Under the pieces are notes generated by a model. It worked only from the letters and a program-made list of their open reading frames with translations. It had not been told where the DNA came from and did no database searches. Position numbers and translations under genes: made by a program. This document shows, piece by piece, positions 17,227 to 25,302 of a DNA stretch of 32,000 nt. Origin of the DNA: Ruminococcus albus 7 = DSM 20455 (lineage in GTDB: Bacteria > Bacillota > Clostridia > Oscillospirales > Ruminococcaceae); assembly GCF_000179635.2 (NCBI RefSeq), contig NC_014833.1, positions 3,000,001 through 3,032,000 of the forward strand, given 5' to 3'. Position 1 is the stretch's first letter; every line of letters begins with the position of its first letter.

Positions 17227-17249
17227 GATATACCAAAGAGATAACCATG
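17227..17249. repeat. possible degenerate relic of an IS1595-type terminal repeat
   Basis: gatataccaaagaGATAACCATG compared with the IS end gtggtgtgttaaagGGATAACCATG. The terminal ~15 nt match at all but one position. Further in, the differences are mostly transitions. Confidence 0.25.
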
Positions 17250-17414
17250 TTCATTTATTATAAATTATATCACACCAAACCTGTCTTGTAAAGGATATCC
17301 CTTGATTTTTAGCCCCTTTACACAACCATGCCGCAGATAATTTGTCTGGTTTGACAACTGAATATTATTGAACAGCGTGCAGGGCGAAAGATACATATCA
17401 TACCCCTCTCCCCC

Positions 17415-17443
17415 TTTACTTTTTAGGTAAAATATGTTATAAT
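17415..17443 (+). promoter_or_regulatory. candidate promoter for the hybrid kinase gene
   Basis: TTTACT, 17 nt, then TGtTATAAT (-10 at 17438-17443). If this promoter is used, the GTG at 17464 is too close to the transcript start. GTG 17488 or TTG 17497 would then be more likely start codons. Confidence 0.35.
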
Positions 17444-17463
17444 ATGAAATAGATATTAATTAC

Positions 17464-20400
17464 GTGGGATATATCCCCTCAAGGGCGGTGAGATCATTGA
17501 AAAAACGACTGAACACAACATTCGCTTTCCTGACAGCTGTAATACTGCTGGTGATAGCTATGATATCCGAAATAACCCTCGTGTTCACCGTAAACTCTCA
17601 GCAGGCGAACGAAACAGGCAGCAGCAGGCTGGAACTTGTCAGCCGTGAACTCGAACATAACATAAATGATGCCCGCGGAAAAGCTATGCGCTTCGCTGTG
17701 ACCGCACAGAATGTACTGGATGACCGTGATGAATTGGAAGAACTCGTTAAAAGCTACAAGGAAGATATGTTCCGCGAGACCGAAGGAAGCTGTTATAATG
17801 CCTATGTGGCAGGCGAAGACTGGTTCTTCATCCCCGATCTCACCGACACCGATGATTATGATGTAACGAGAAGAAACTGGTACCGCGGCGCTTTGCAGTG
17901 CAGCGGCGGATCATATGTTTCCGACCCGTATATAGATGCTGCCACAGGAGATATATGCTATACGGTATCCGTGATGCTCGCTGACGGCAAAACCGTCGCA
18001 GCGCTGGACTACAATATGGACAGCATTCGCAGACACATATCCAAAATGTATTCAGACGGCAAAAATGAAGCTGTGATAGTCACCGAAAAAGGCATAATCG
18101 CAGGCTGCAGCGATGAAAATATAGTCGGTAAGGACTTGCTTGAACAGCTGCCCGAATACGGCGGCATATTCTCACTTGCCAAAAGCAGCGACGGCTCTGT
18201 GCACGTAAGACAGAAGGGCAGCAACCTGTTTGCTGTGCGTTCGGAGTTCGGCTGGTACCTTATTGTATCAGAGGATAACTGGTCACTCTACCGCAGATCG
18301 TATATCCAGATGCTTGTAATGATAGGCATATCACTGATAGTATTCATCATGCTTGCGGTGATGTACCTTTCAAGCGAACGCAAAGCAAAACACGCCAGAA
18401 CTATGCTGAAAAACAACGAGGATTTTCTCGGGAGCCTGACAACAGGACTGCAGGAACCGCTCCACAGGATGATAGCAGCGGCAAGCCCAGAGAACCTCAG
18501 GAACTCCGAAAACTACGAGAAGGATTTCGAGAGCATACGCGAAGCAGGGCTGAAGCTCAACGAGATGATAGGAAAGATAGTTTCCTATAACAGTATAGTA
18601 AAAAAAGAAAACACAGATAAGCACAAGCGCAGCAAAACTGCAGGGCTTATGATAGGTGTGCGCTTCAGGCGGCTTATCGTCATCGCACTGATGCTGGTAT
18701 TTATAATGAGTATGTATGTGAATACCACCTCCACCATCAGGTGGGGAAGGTCACAGATGAACGAGGAGCTCGACACCTACACCCAGCGTCTTTCCTCATG
18801 GGTCAGCACCGAAAAAAGCGTGCTTGATATGTTCTGCTCCATGATATCCACCGAGCCTGAGATAGTACATGACTACGATGCTGCTGTAAAGAAGCTGGAT
18901 GATATCACCTCGCAGTACAGCGATATATCCGCCAGCTATATCGTCAACCCCGAATGGGAGCATCCCGTTATCATGAACAGCGGCTGGGAGCCTGACGAAA
19001 AATGGCACGTAGAAGACAGAGCATGGTATAAAGAGCTGACATCAGGAGAGGAAAACTGGTGTATATCCGCACCCTATTACGATGAAGCATCAGGTCTTTA
19101 CTGCGTGACCTTTGCAGAGAAGGTCTTCGATGCCCATACAGGAAAAACCATAGGCTGCTTCGGTATAGATTTTTATATGGATAAGCTGGTGGAACTGCTG
19201 GGCAGCAGCTATTCAGGGGACGGATACGCTTTCATAACCGACAGCGACGGCATTATCATAAGCCACCCCTACGGCAGCTACAGGCTCAGCGAAAATAACA
19301 GTACCAATGTGGCAGAACTCTCATACGTTGCCGCAGACCCCGACAGCAGCAACGTTTCCATAATATCCGACTTCGACGGCAAACTGCGTGCTGCTATCGC
19401 AAGCACCCAGAAAGAGTCCGGCTTTACGGTATATGTCATGAAGAATGTACTGAGCGTATACAGCAGCGTGCTGGTATACGGTTCAATATGCGTATTCGTA
19501 CTGCTGGGATGTACCGTTACGGTATATATACTCATGAATAATCTTATACAATTGCAGAACAGGGCAAACCGTCAGCTCAAAGAGTCTGCCGATGCCGCTA
19601 TTGCCGCAGATGAAGCCAAAAGCACATTCCTGGCACAGATGTCACACGAGATACGTACACCTATAAACGTCGTGCTTGGCATGAACGAAATGATAATCCG
19701 TGAATGCAAGGACAATGATATCAAGGAATATGCACTGAATATACAGAGCGCAGGACACACTCTCCTTTCACTGATAAACAGCATACTTGATTTCTCCAAG
19801 ATAGAGGACGGTAAAATGGAGATAATACCTGCCGCCTACTGGACTGCTTCACTTATCAATGATCTTGTTACATCAGTAGCTTCAAGGGCAGCCGACAAAG
19901 AACTGAAGTTCATAGTAAATGCCGATCCTTACCTCCCTGCCAAGCTGATAGGCGATGATATGCGCATAAAACAGGTAATATCCAACCTGCTGACAAATGC
20001 TGTAAAGTATACCGAAAAAGGCAGCATCACCCTTACAGTGCGTACAGAAAGTTTCAGCGAGGAAGAGATCATGCTGTATGTTGAAGTTGGTGATACGGGC
20101 ATAGGTATAAGGGAGGAGGATATGAGCGCACTGTTTGAATCCTTCCGCAGACTAGATGAACAGCGAAATAAAAGTATCGAAGGCACAGGGCTGGGTATGT
20201 CCATTGTGACAAAACTGCTGAAAATGATGAACAGTGAGCTCCATGTTGAAAGCATCTACGGCGTGGGCAGCACCTTCTGGTTCAGCCTGCCGCAGAAGAT
20301 ATCAGACCCCTCCCCCATGGGCGATTATACCCACAGGATCCAGTCAAAAGACAGGAATAACGGAAAACACATATATGCGCCCGAGGCAAATTTGCTGGTA

Positions 20401-21198
20401 GTGGATGATAACGAGATGAACATCAAGGTGGCTGTCAGCCTGCTGAAAATATTCGGCATAGTACCCGATACCGCACCCTCAGGATATATGGCGCTGTCGC
20501 TGATAAGAGAAAAACATTACGATATGATACTGCTCGATCACATGATGCCCGGCATGGACGGCATCGCGACACTGAAGCGTATATGCGACGAGGGTATGCG
20601 TGAAGCTGATACAACTATGATAGCACTTACTGCCAATGCTGTTGTCGGTGCAAGGGAGACCTATCTGCAGGCAGGTTTCGATGACTACTTATCCAAGCCC
20701 ATTGACAGCGGTCTGCTGGAAAAAATACTGCAGAAGTATCTGCCTTCTGAAAAGGTGTCTATGGTAGATGATAACGCCCCGACACAGGATGACACCATAA
20801 AAGACAGATTTACTCTTACCGAGCTGCAGAAGATATGCTCTCTGTATTCGGGAATAAACCCTGTGGTGGGTCTTGAATACTGCATGAACTCAAAAGAATT
20901 CTATCTTGATACACTGGAAGGCTACGCTGAAGCTGACAGACTTATCCAGATAAAAGCTGCCTTTATCCAGAAACGGTGGGATGATTACAGGGTAGACGTA
21001 CACGCAGTCAAGAGCGCTTCACTGACCATAGGTGCACAGATGCTGTCAGAAAGAGCAAAAGCCCTTGAATTTGCTGCAAGGGACGGCGACACGGAATACA
21101 TCATGCGGAACCATGAAGCCTTCACCGAGGAATACGCAAAGTGTCTTGTGGGCGTTAATGCCATACTTGACACATTCAGCGGAAACAATGATAAATAA
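17464..21198 (+). CDS. hybrid sensor histidine kinase/response regulator: two Cache-like extracytoplasmic modules (4 TM), HisKA, HATPase, REC, Hpt
   Basis: H-box FLAQMSHEIRTPIN (His at codon 728, counted from 17464). N, G1 and G2 boxes (NLLTNAVKYT, DTGIGI, GTGLGM). REC LLVVDDNEMN..LLDHMMPGMDG (Asp 1025). Hpt ..HAVKSASLTIGA (His 1180). Two periplasmic-type segments each carry a Cache-like R.WY..(9-13 aa)..S.PY.D..(T/S)G motif. Confidence 0.9.
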   Translation: MGYIPSRAVRSLKKRLNTTFAFLTAVILLVIAMISEITLVFTVNSQQANETGSSRLELVSRELEHNINDARGKAMRFAVTAQNVLDDRDELEELVKSYKEDMFRETEGSCYNAYVAGEDWFFIPDLTDTDDYDVTRRNWYRGALQCSGGSYVSDPYIDAATGDICYTVSVMLADGKTVAALDYNMDSIRRHISKMYSDGKNEAVIVTEKGIIAGCSDENIVGKDLLEQLPEYGGIFSLAKSSDGSVHVRQKGSNLFAVRSEFGWYLIVSEDNWSLYRRSYIQMLVMIGISLIVFIMLAVMYLSSERKAKHARTMLKNNEDFLGSLTTGLQEPLHRMIAAASPENLRNSENYEKDFESIREAGLKLNEMIGKIVSYNSIVKKENTDKHKRSKTAGLMIGVRFRRLIVIALMLVFIMSMYVNTTSTIRWGRSQMNEELDTYTQRLSSWVSTEKSVLDMFCSMISTEPEIVHDYDAAVKKLDDITSQYSDISASYIVNPEWEHPVIMNSGWEPDEKWHVEDRAWYKELTSGEENWCISAPYYDEASGLYCVTFAEKVFDAHTGKTIGCFGIDFYMDKLVELLGSSYSGDGYAFITDSDGIIISHPYGSYRLSENNSTNVAELSYVAADPDSSNVSIISDFDGKLRAAIASTQKESGFTVYVMKNVLSVYSSVLVYGSICVFVLLGCTVTVYILMNNLIQLQNRANRQLKESADAAIAADEAKSTFLAQMSHEIRTPINVVLGMNEMIIRECKDNDIKEYALNIQSAGHTLLSLINSILDFSKIEDGKMEIIPAAYWTASLINDLVTSVASRAADKELKFIVNADPYLPAKLIGDDMRIKQVISNLLTNAVKYTEKGSITLTVRTESFSEEEIMLYVEVGDTGIGIREEDMSALFESFRRLDEQRNKSIEGTGLGMSIVTKLLKMMNSELHVESIYGVGSTFWFSLPQKISDPSPMGDYTHRIQSKDRNNGKHIYAPEANLLVVDDNEMNIKVAVSLLKIFGIVPDTAPSGYMALSLIREKHYDMILLDHMMPGMDGIATLKRICDEGMREADTTMIALTANAVVGARETYLQAGFDDYLSKPIDSGLLEKILQKYLPSEKVSMVDDNAPTQDDTIKDRFTLTELQKICSLYSGINPVVGLEYCMNSKEFYLDTLEGYAEADRLIQIKAAFIQKRWDDYRVDVHAVKSASLTIGAQMLSERAKALEFAARDGDTEYIMRNHEAFTEEYAKCLVGVNAILDTFSGNNDK

Positions 21199-21202
21199 CT
21201 AT

Positions 21203-21230
21203 AAGCCCGAGGCTCAAGCCCCGGGCTTTC
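21203..21230. terminator. hairpin between the convergent kinase and mazF genes
   Basis: AAGCCCG / CGGGCTT stem (21203-21209 / 21222-21228), followed by TTC. The U-tract is weak. Confidence 0.35.
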
Positions 21231-21254
21231 TGTATAGCCGATATAAAGATATCT

Positions 21255-21596
21255 TCAGTTCAGCCCGAAGCTGACCGACAGCGCCGAATCCACTGCCGAC
21301 ATCGCCCCCTTATCCAGCTGTCCCATTTTCTCCCTCAGCCGACGCTTATCGAGGGTGCGTATCTGCTCAAGCAACACCACCGAATCTCTTGAAAGTCCGC
21401 AGCCTGTCCCGACAGTTATATGTGTCGGCAGACGCGCCTTGTCCTGCCTGCTGGTTATCGCCGCAGCTATAACCGTTGGCGAATGGCGGTTCCCGATGTC
21501 GTTCTGCACGATAAGTACAGGTCTTAACCCACCCTGCTCCGACCCGACGACAGGACTGAGATCAGCATAATAGATATCCCCTCTGTGAACAGTCAT
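21255..21596 (-). CDS. mazF: MazF/EndoA-family mRNA interferase toxin
   Basis: [70 protein letters not shown] is nearly collinear with B. subtilis EndoA as I recall it. ATG 21596 follows AAGGAG. The 13-codon upstream extension in the track is rejected. Confidence 0.9.
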   Translation of the reverse strand: MTVHRGDIYYADLSPVVGSEQGGLRPVLIVQNDIGNRHSPTVIAAAITSRQDKARLPTHITVGTGCGLSRDSVVLLEQIRTLDKRRLREKMGQLDKGAMSAVDSALSVSFGLN

Positions 21597-21807
21597 ATAA
21601 AAAACACTCCTTGTGAAAATAATCTCTGTGGTCATTATTCCCGTTTTTCATGTGATGATTCAATGTAACGCGGATTTTTACGTTTACCATATCATATGCA
21701 GAACAGCTCGCAGCGGATAATGTTCAAGTAGATCCATGTTGCGCCATATATTATATCATATGCATCATTCAATATTTCACATATCGGAGATTTTATGAAA
21801 AAAAGGC

Positions 21808-21836
21808 TTGACATTTACATTCCATCGTGATATAAT
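21808..21836 (+). promoter_or_regulatory. consensus sigma-A promoter for the tRNA gene
   Basis: TTGACA (21808-21813), 17 nt, then TGaTATAAT (-10 at 21831-21836). Confidence 0.7.
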
Positions 21837-21888
21837 AATTAAGCTGAATGTTTGAGATTCAGTTAAAACCCTCATAAATATCGACAAT

Positions 21889-21972
21889 GCGGCAGTGCTG
21901 GAACTGGCAGACAGGCACGTTTGAGGGGCGTGTGTCCTAGACGTACGGGTTCAAGTCCCGTTTGCCGCACCA
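21889..21972 (+). tRNA. tRNA-Leu (anticodon GAG), type II with long variable arm, CCA encoded
   Basis: Hand-folded. Acceptor GCGGCAG/TTGCCGC, 3-bp D stem, anticodon stem CACGT/GCGTG with loop TTGAGGG. Variable arm has a GTC/GAC stem. T arm is ACGGG-TTCAAGT-CCCGT. Discriminator A, which favours Leu over Ser. Confidence 0.85.
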
Positions 21973-21977
21973 ACAAC

Positions 21978-22027
21978 AAGGCTTCTAAAACAGCGTAAAT
22001 GCGTAGTTTTAGAAGCCTTTTGTTTTT
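21978..22027 (+). terminator. rho-independent terminator after the tRNA
   Basis: Perfect 14-bp stem AAGGCTTCTAAAAC / GTTTTAGAAGCCTT, followed by TTGTTTTT. Confidence 0.75.
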
Positions 22028-22038
22028 ATATTATTGGC

Positions 22039-22060
22039 GTTTGTGTACTGTTTGTGTACT
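22039..22060 (+). repeat. tandem 11-bp direct repeat GTTTGTGTACT x2 between the tRNA and the integrase 3' end
   Basis: Two exact adjacent copies (22039-22049 and 22050-22060). An inverted 9-mer, TACACAAAC, occurs at about 26618-26626. Confidence 0.6.
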
Positions 22061-22068
22061 ACTGTGTT

Positions 22069-22116
22069 AAAAAACGGCAGATTTGGAATGATTTTGTTCC
22101 GGATCTGCCGTTTTTT
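22069..22116. terminator. bidirectional terminator downstream of the integrase gene
   Basis: A6 run, stem CGGCAGAT / ATCTGCCG (22075-22082 / 22103-22110), then a T6 run. Confidence 0.6.
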
Positions 22117-22117
22117 G

Positions 22118-23329
22118 TTATCCATATTTTTCTATCGAATTATGGCTGTCGTTATTGCTATCACTTATTGTTAGCCTTAAAGTGTCGGCTACTGATTCCA
22201 TAGCTTCTGCATTGGCTTTAGCCATCGAATGAGCATAAATGTTTAAAGTCGTTGAGGTTTGGGAGTGCCCTAAACAAGCTGATACAGTGCGTATATTAAC
22301 TCCGCTATGGATAAGTAAACTAGCGTTCAAATGACGTAGGCTGTGTAATCCAAGGAATCTTAGGTTATTACGGTCACAAAGCTTTTTGAGCCAATTATAC
22401 GGAGTTGCACCGTCCATTACTTTACCATTCCAAGTTGTAAATAAGCGATCTGTTTCATTCCATTGGTCGCCGACTTTTAAAATTTGTTTAGCTTGTTCCG
22501 CTTTGTGAATTTTTAAAATGTTAATTACATCGGCAGTAAATTTAAGATCACGTACAGAGCCTTTTGTTTTAGGAGTATCGGTATAATGACCTTTTTCCTT
22601 GGTGTAAAGAGCGGTTCGTCTGATGCTTACAACATTTGTATTAAAATCGACATCTTTCCACTCCAGTCCAAGGAGTTCACCACGCCTGAAGCCACCATAT
22701 ATAGCAAGTGTTAAAAAGGCTCTGTATTTTGTTGGGGCTTCCTGCAGAAGTGATAATAAATGCTGTGTTTCTTCAAGCGTATATATTTCCTTTTCATGTT
22801 CTGCAATTTTAGGTAATAAAACATTTTTGCACGGATTATCCGAGATCATTTGCATTTTCTCGGCATAGCTGAAAACCATTGAAATAAATGTCGAATAATG
22901 CTTTATGGTTTTGGGAGAAAGTTTACCGCCTGTACGAATGTTTATTCCCTCTCCCCCGAGATCGTTTATAAATTTTTGTATAATGCGTGTATTTATCTTA
23001 TCGATTCGTAAATGACCTATAGCCTTATATGTTCGTGCTTTAAGCTGTTTAGTGCGTTCAAGAGTTTTGGGCTTATAGTTTTTTTCGGCATAAGTTGAAA
23101 ACCATTCCTCAGCCACTGTCTCGAATTTTGCCGCATTGACGATCATGTTCCCTTTACACTGTTCCTCGAACATAACAGCAAATCGGTTTAGCTCTTTCTC
23201 GTTCTGCATTTTGCTCCTTTTGGGGTCGGGGTGCCATGTGGTCGATTGCGTAATTTTGCGTCCGCTGACATCGTAACCACACGATACACGAATAAGATAA
23301 CTATTGCCACGTTTTTTGATGTAAGCCAT
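22118..23329 (-). CDS. int: site-specific tyrosine recombinase (phage-type integrase)
   Basis: MAYIKKRGNSYLIRVS.. N-terminal SAM-like domain. C-terminal catalytic motifs ..GLHSLRHLNASLL.. and ..LGHSQTSTTLNIYAH. ATG 23329 follows GGAAAGGA, and the 36-codon upstream extension in the track is rejected. The 3' end lies 146 bp from the tRNA-Leu. Confidence 0.93.
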   Translation of the reverse strand: MAYIKKRGNSYLIRVSCGYDVSGRKITQSTTWHPDPKRSKMQNEKELNRFAVMFEEQCKGNMIVNAAKFETVAEEWFSTYAEKNYKPKTLERTKQLKARTYKAIGHLRIDKINTRIIQKFINDLGGEGINIRTGGKLSPKTIKHYSTFISMVFSYAEKMQMISDNPCKNVLLPKIAEHEKEIYTLEETQHLLSLLQEAPTKYRAFLTLAIYGGFRRGELLGLEWKDVDFNTNVVSIRRTALYTKEKGHYTDTPKTKGSVRDLKFTADVINILKIHKAEQAKQILKVGDQWNETDRLFTTWNGKVMDGATPYNWLKKLCDRNNLRFLGLHSLRHLNASLLIHSGVNIRTVSACLGHSQTSTTLNIYAHSMAKANAEAMESVADTLRLTISDSNNDSHNSIEKYG

Positions 23330-23669
23330 AAAAACAGTCCTTTCCAAAAAATAAAATTCTTTTATTGAAAAAATACGCAAATAACTTTTACTAAAGTGCT
23401 GTATTACGTTACTGCATATAGTATAAGACAGTATCATGGGTTTTGTAAACTGAAAGGACGCTAATGTTATTAATTTTATAAAAAATTTACCAAGACGGAA
23501 ATATGAGTAAAGCAGATGGCTGCCTTCAGAGTTAAAAAAATTAAAAAGATTTTATAGAAATAATCCTCAGGAACAACAAGAAAAAATCATGAGGACCCTA
23601 CTTACTTATATTATAATTTTGAAATCTGACTATACCTTTACCAACCACTTAAAATTCGGCTCGACAAGA

Positions 23670-23677
23670 ATATATTA
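23670..23677. repeat. target-site duplication ATATATTA, left of IS copy 1
   Basis: Identical 8-mer at 24703-24710, immediately beyond the other IS end. Confidence 0.8.
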
Positions 23678-24702
23678 CATGGTTATCCCTTTAACACACC
23701 ACAGATAATTTACAATGCTGTCCAAATAAACAGACCTCAAAAACCGGAAAATATAGTATAATAGTGACAGGAAACGAAAGGAGCTGTCGCTATGTCAAAA
23801 AGATTTCCGAAACCTGAGATCACACTTGATGGGATATATTCAAAGTTCGCAGATGAAAGCTTTTGCAAGGATTTTCTGCTTGATATCCGCTTTGAAAAGG
23901 GCTTTGCCTGCCCGTTTTGCGGTGGCTCTGAGTACCGCAGGATAAGGTCACGCCATCTGCTGCGCTGCAAGTTCTGTAAAGCAGATATATCCGCCACAAA
24001 CGGAACTTTTATGCACAGAACACATATTCCGCTCAGACTGTGGATAGTCACCGCATTCCTCATTATGAGCAACAAATGCAGTGTTTCTGCTGTTACGCTG
24101 ATGAGGTCTTTGGGGGTGACCTACAAGACTGCATGGTACATCCTTCACCGCATCAGAAAAGCTATGAAATGCCGTGAAGAACGCTATTTGCTCGACGGAA
24201 TCGTTGAACTTGATGACACGTATCTCGGTGCTCCGACTCACGGTAAAAAGCGCGGCAGAGGTACTGAAAAAGTCAAGATGATCGTAGCTTTTATCGAAGA
24301 ACGCAGCAGGAAATCCCGAGTACGTTAAAATGAGAGATGTGCCGAATTTAAAGGGTATAACTGTGGGTAGATTTGCCAGGGATAATATCCGCGCTGGCTC
24401 GAAGATCGAGAGTGATAATGCTCGAAGTTACAAGAAACCGTTGGCACAGAAATACTTCCATGTTTTTGAAACATATGATCCGACAAGCGGTCAGCTGAAT
24501 TGGATGCATAAAGTTATATCAAAACTTCAAAGCAATGATCATGGGAACTTACCACGGAAACGAAAAGATCCACACAGCGTTATATGCTGCCGAATACTGT
24601 TACAAATTCAACCGTCGTAAGCTGGGAAACAGTGCGTATTTAAGGCTTTTGGCTGCTTTGGTGCAGTGATCTTACTTGTGGTGTGTTAAGGGGATAACCA
24701 TA
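23678..24702 (+). mobile_element. IS1595-family insertion sequence, copy 1 (1025 bp, transposase frameshifted)
   Basis: Ends are CATGGTTATCCCTTTAACACACCACA.. and ..TGTGGTGTGTTAAGGGGATAACCATA (~25-bp imperfect terminal inverted repeats). 8-bp TSD. Apart from two 1-nt insertions, the regions compared are identical to copy 2. Confidence 0.9.
23792..24669 (+). pseudogene. ISXO2-like (IS1595-family) DDE transposase, inactivated by two +1 frameshifts
   Basis: Track ORFs 23792-24328 and 24330-24620 plus a third-frame tail together reproduce the 291-aa copy-2 protein. Extra T in the run at 24289-24292 and extra A in the run at 24521-24524. Confidence 0.85.
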
Positions 24703-24710
24703 ATATATTA
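24703..24710. repeat. target-site duplication ATATATTA, right of IS copy 1
   Basis: See 23670-23677. Confidence 0.8.
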
Positions 24711-24795
24711 TGCTGAGGTTCTCTTTCTTCACCGCCGACGGTGGGAAAGAGAGAACTGCCAAACTCTCATTATATTCGTTTAAACGATATTAAGT

Positions 24796-24820
24796 CAGAT
24801 GTGTCAGGGGGATAACCATA
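24796..24820 (+). repeat. solo IS-end-like sequence (..ATGTGTCAGGGGGATAACCATA)
   Basis: Matches the right terminal repeat of the IS (GGTGTGTTAAGGGGATAACCATA) at most positions. No IS body adjoins it. Lies 110 bp beyond the TSD of copy 1. Confidence 0.4.
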
Positions 24821-24862
24821 TTTTGATATTATCTTGCTAAAAAATAATAAGGGGGTGAGTTC

Positions 24863-25084
24863 ATGAGCGGAGAAGAAGTAAGAAAGCTGATACTGGCAAA
24901 TAATGTAAAACTTTGGGAAGTGGCAAAAAAAGCATTCGGGATATCTGACGGCAATTTTTCAAGAAAACTGCGCAAAGATTTTACCGATGAGGAGCTTCAA
25001 AAAGTTATTGTTGCCATCGAGGAACTAAAGTCTGAAAAGAGAAAAACATATGAACTCTTTCAGACAATCGAAAGCAAAAAATAA
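24863..25084 (+). CDS. small (73 aa) putative DNA-binding protein of the integrative element
   Basis: AAGGGGG RBS. Lys/Glu-rich helical sequence with an HTH-like stretch (VKLWEVAKKAFGISDGNFSRKL). First gene of the xis-rep operon. Function not established. Confidence 0.65.
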   Translation: MSGEEVRKLILANNVKLWEVAKKAFGISDGNFSRKLRKDFTDEELQKVIVAIEELKSEKRKTYELFQTIESKK

Positions 25085-25095
25085 GGAGGATAATT

Positions 25096-25302
25096 ATGAA
25101 TGAAAAACCAATACCGAGAATGAGAACAGTTAGACAAGCGGCTTTAGAAACCGGGGTTTCCGAATACTTTGTAAGGCAGCTTGTAAAAAACAAGGAAATT
25201 TATTATGTACGATCGGGTAAGAGAGTTTTGATAAATCTCGATTTGTTTATCAGCTTTTTGAACGGCGAAACTGAAAATAATGGAGGATACGATAATGAAT
25301 AA
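25096..25302 (+). CDS. xis: excisionase-family (MerR-like HTH_17) DNA-binding protein
   Basis: ..MRTVRQAALETGVSEYFVRQLVKNKEIYYVRSGKRVLINLDLFISFL.. is the typical excisionase HTH-wing pattern. AAGGAGGA RBS. Part of the integrase-linked operon. Confidence 0.75.
   Translation: MNEKPIPRMRTVRQAALETGVSEYFVRQLVKNKEIYYVRSGKRVLINLDLFISFLNGETENNGGYDNE

Noticed and set aside
21597-21813. Short minus-strand ORFs upstream of mazF as possible MazE antitoxins: the 13-codon extension of mazF, a 17-codon MDLLEHYPLRAVLHMIW, and an ORF of about 40 codons starting near 21813.
   Set aside because: None has an RBS or any RHH/AbrB-like sequence. The longest overlaps the divergent tRNA promoter.
23579-23700. ORF starting at ATG 23589 (MRTLLTYIIILKSDY..) that runs into IS copy 1. 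It would extend to about 54 codons if the IS were removed.
   Set aside because: There is no Shine-Dalgarno sequence, the region is AT-rich intergenic, and the product has no recognisable features.
23737-24241. Minus-strand ORFs of 112 aa and 97 aa inside IS copy 1, duplicated as plus-strand ORFs at 30374-30878.
   Set aside because: They are antisense to the transposase gene. Their duplication simply reflects the IS duplication and is not independent evidence of coding.
23792-24669. Programmed ribosomal frameshifting in the IS copy 1 transposase.
   Set aside because: The intact copy 2 encodes the protein in a single frame. Copy 1 differs by two +1 insertions that shift the frame cumulatively rather than restoring it, which points to mutation or sequencing error.
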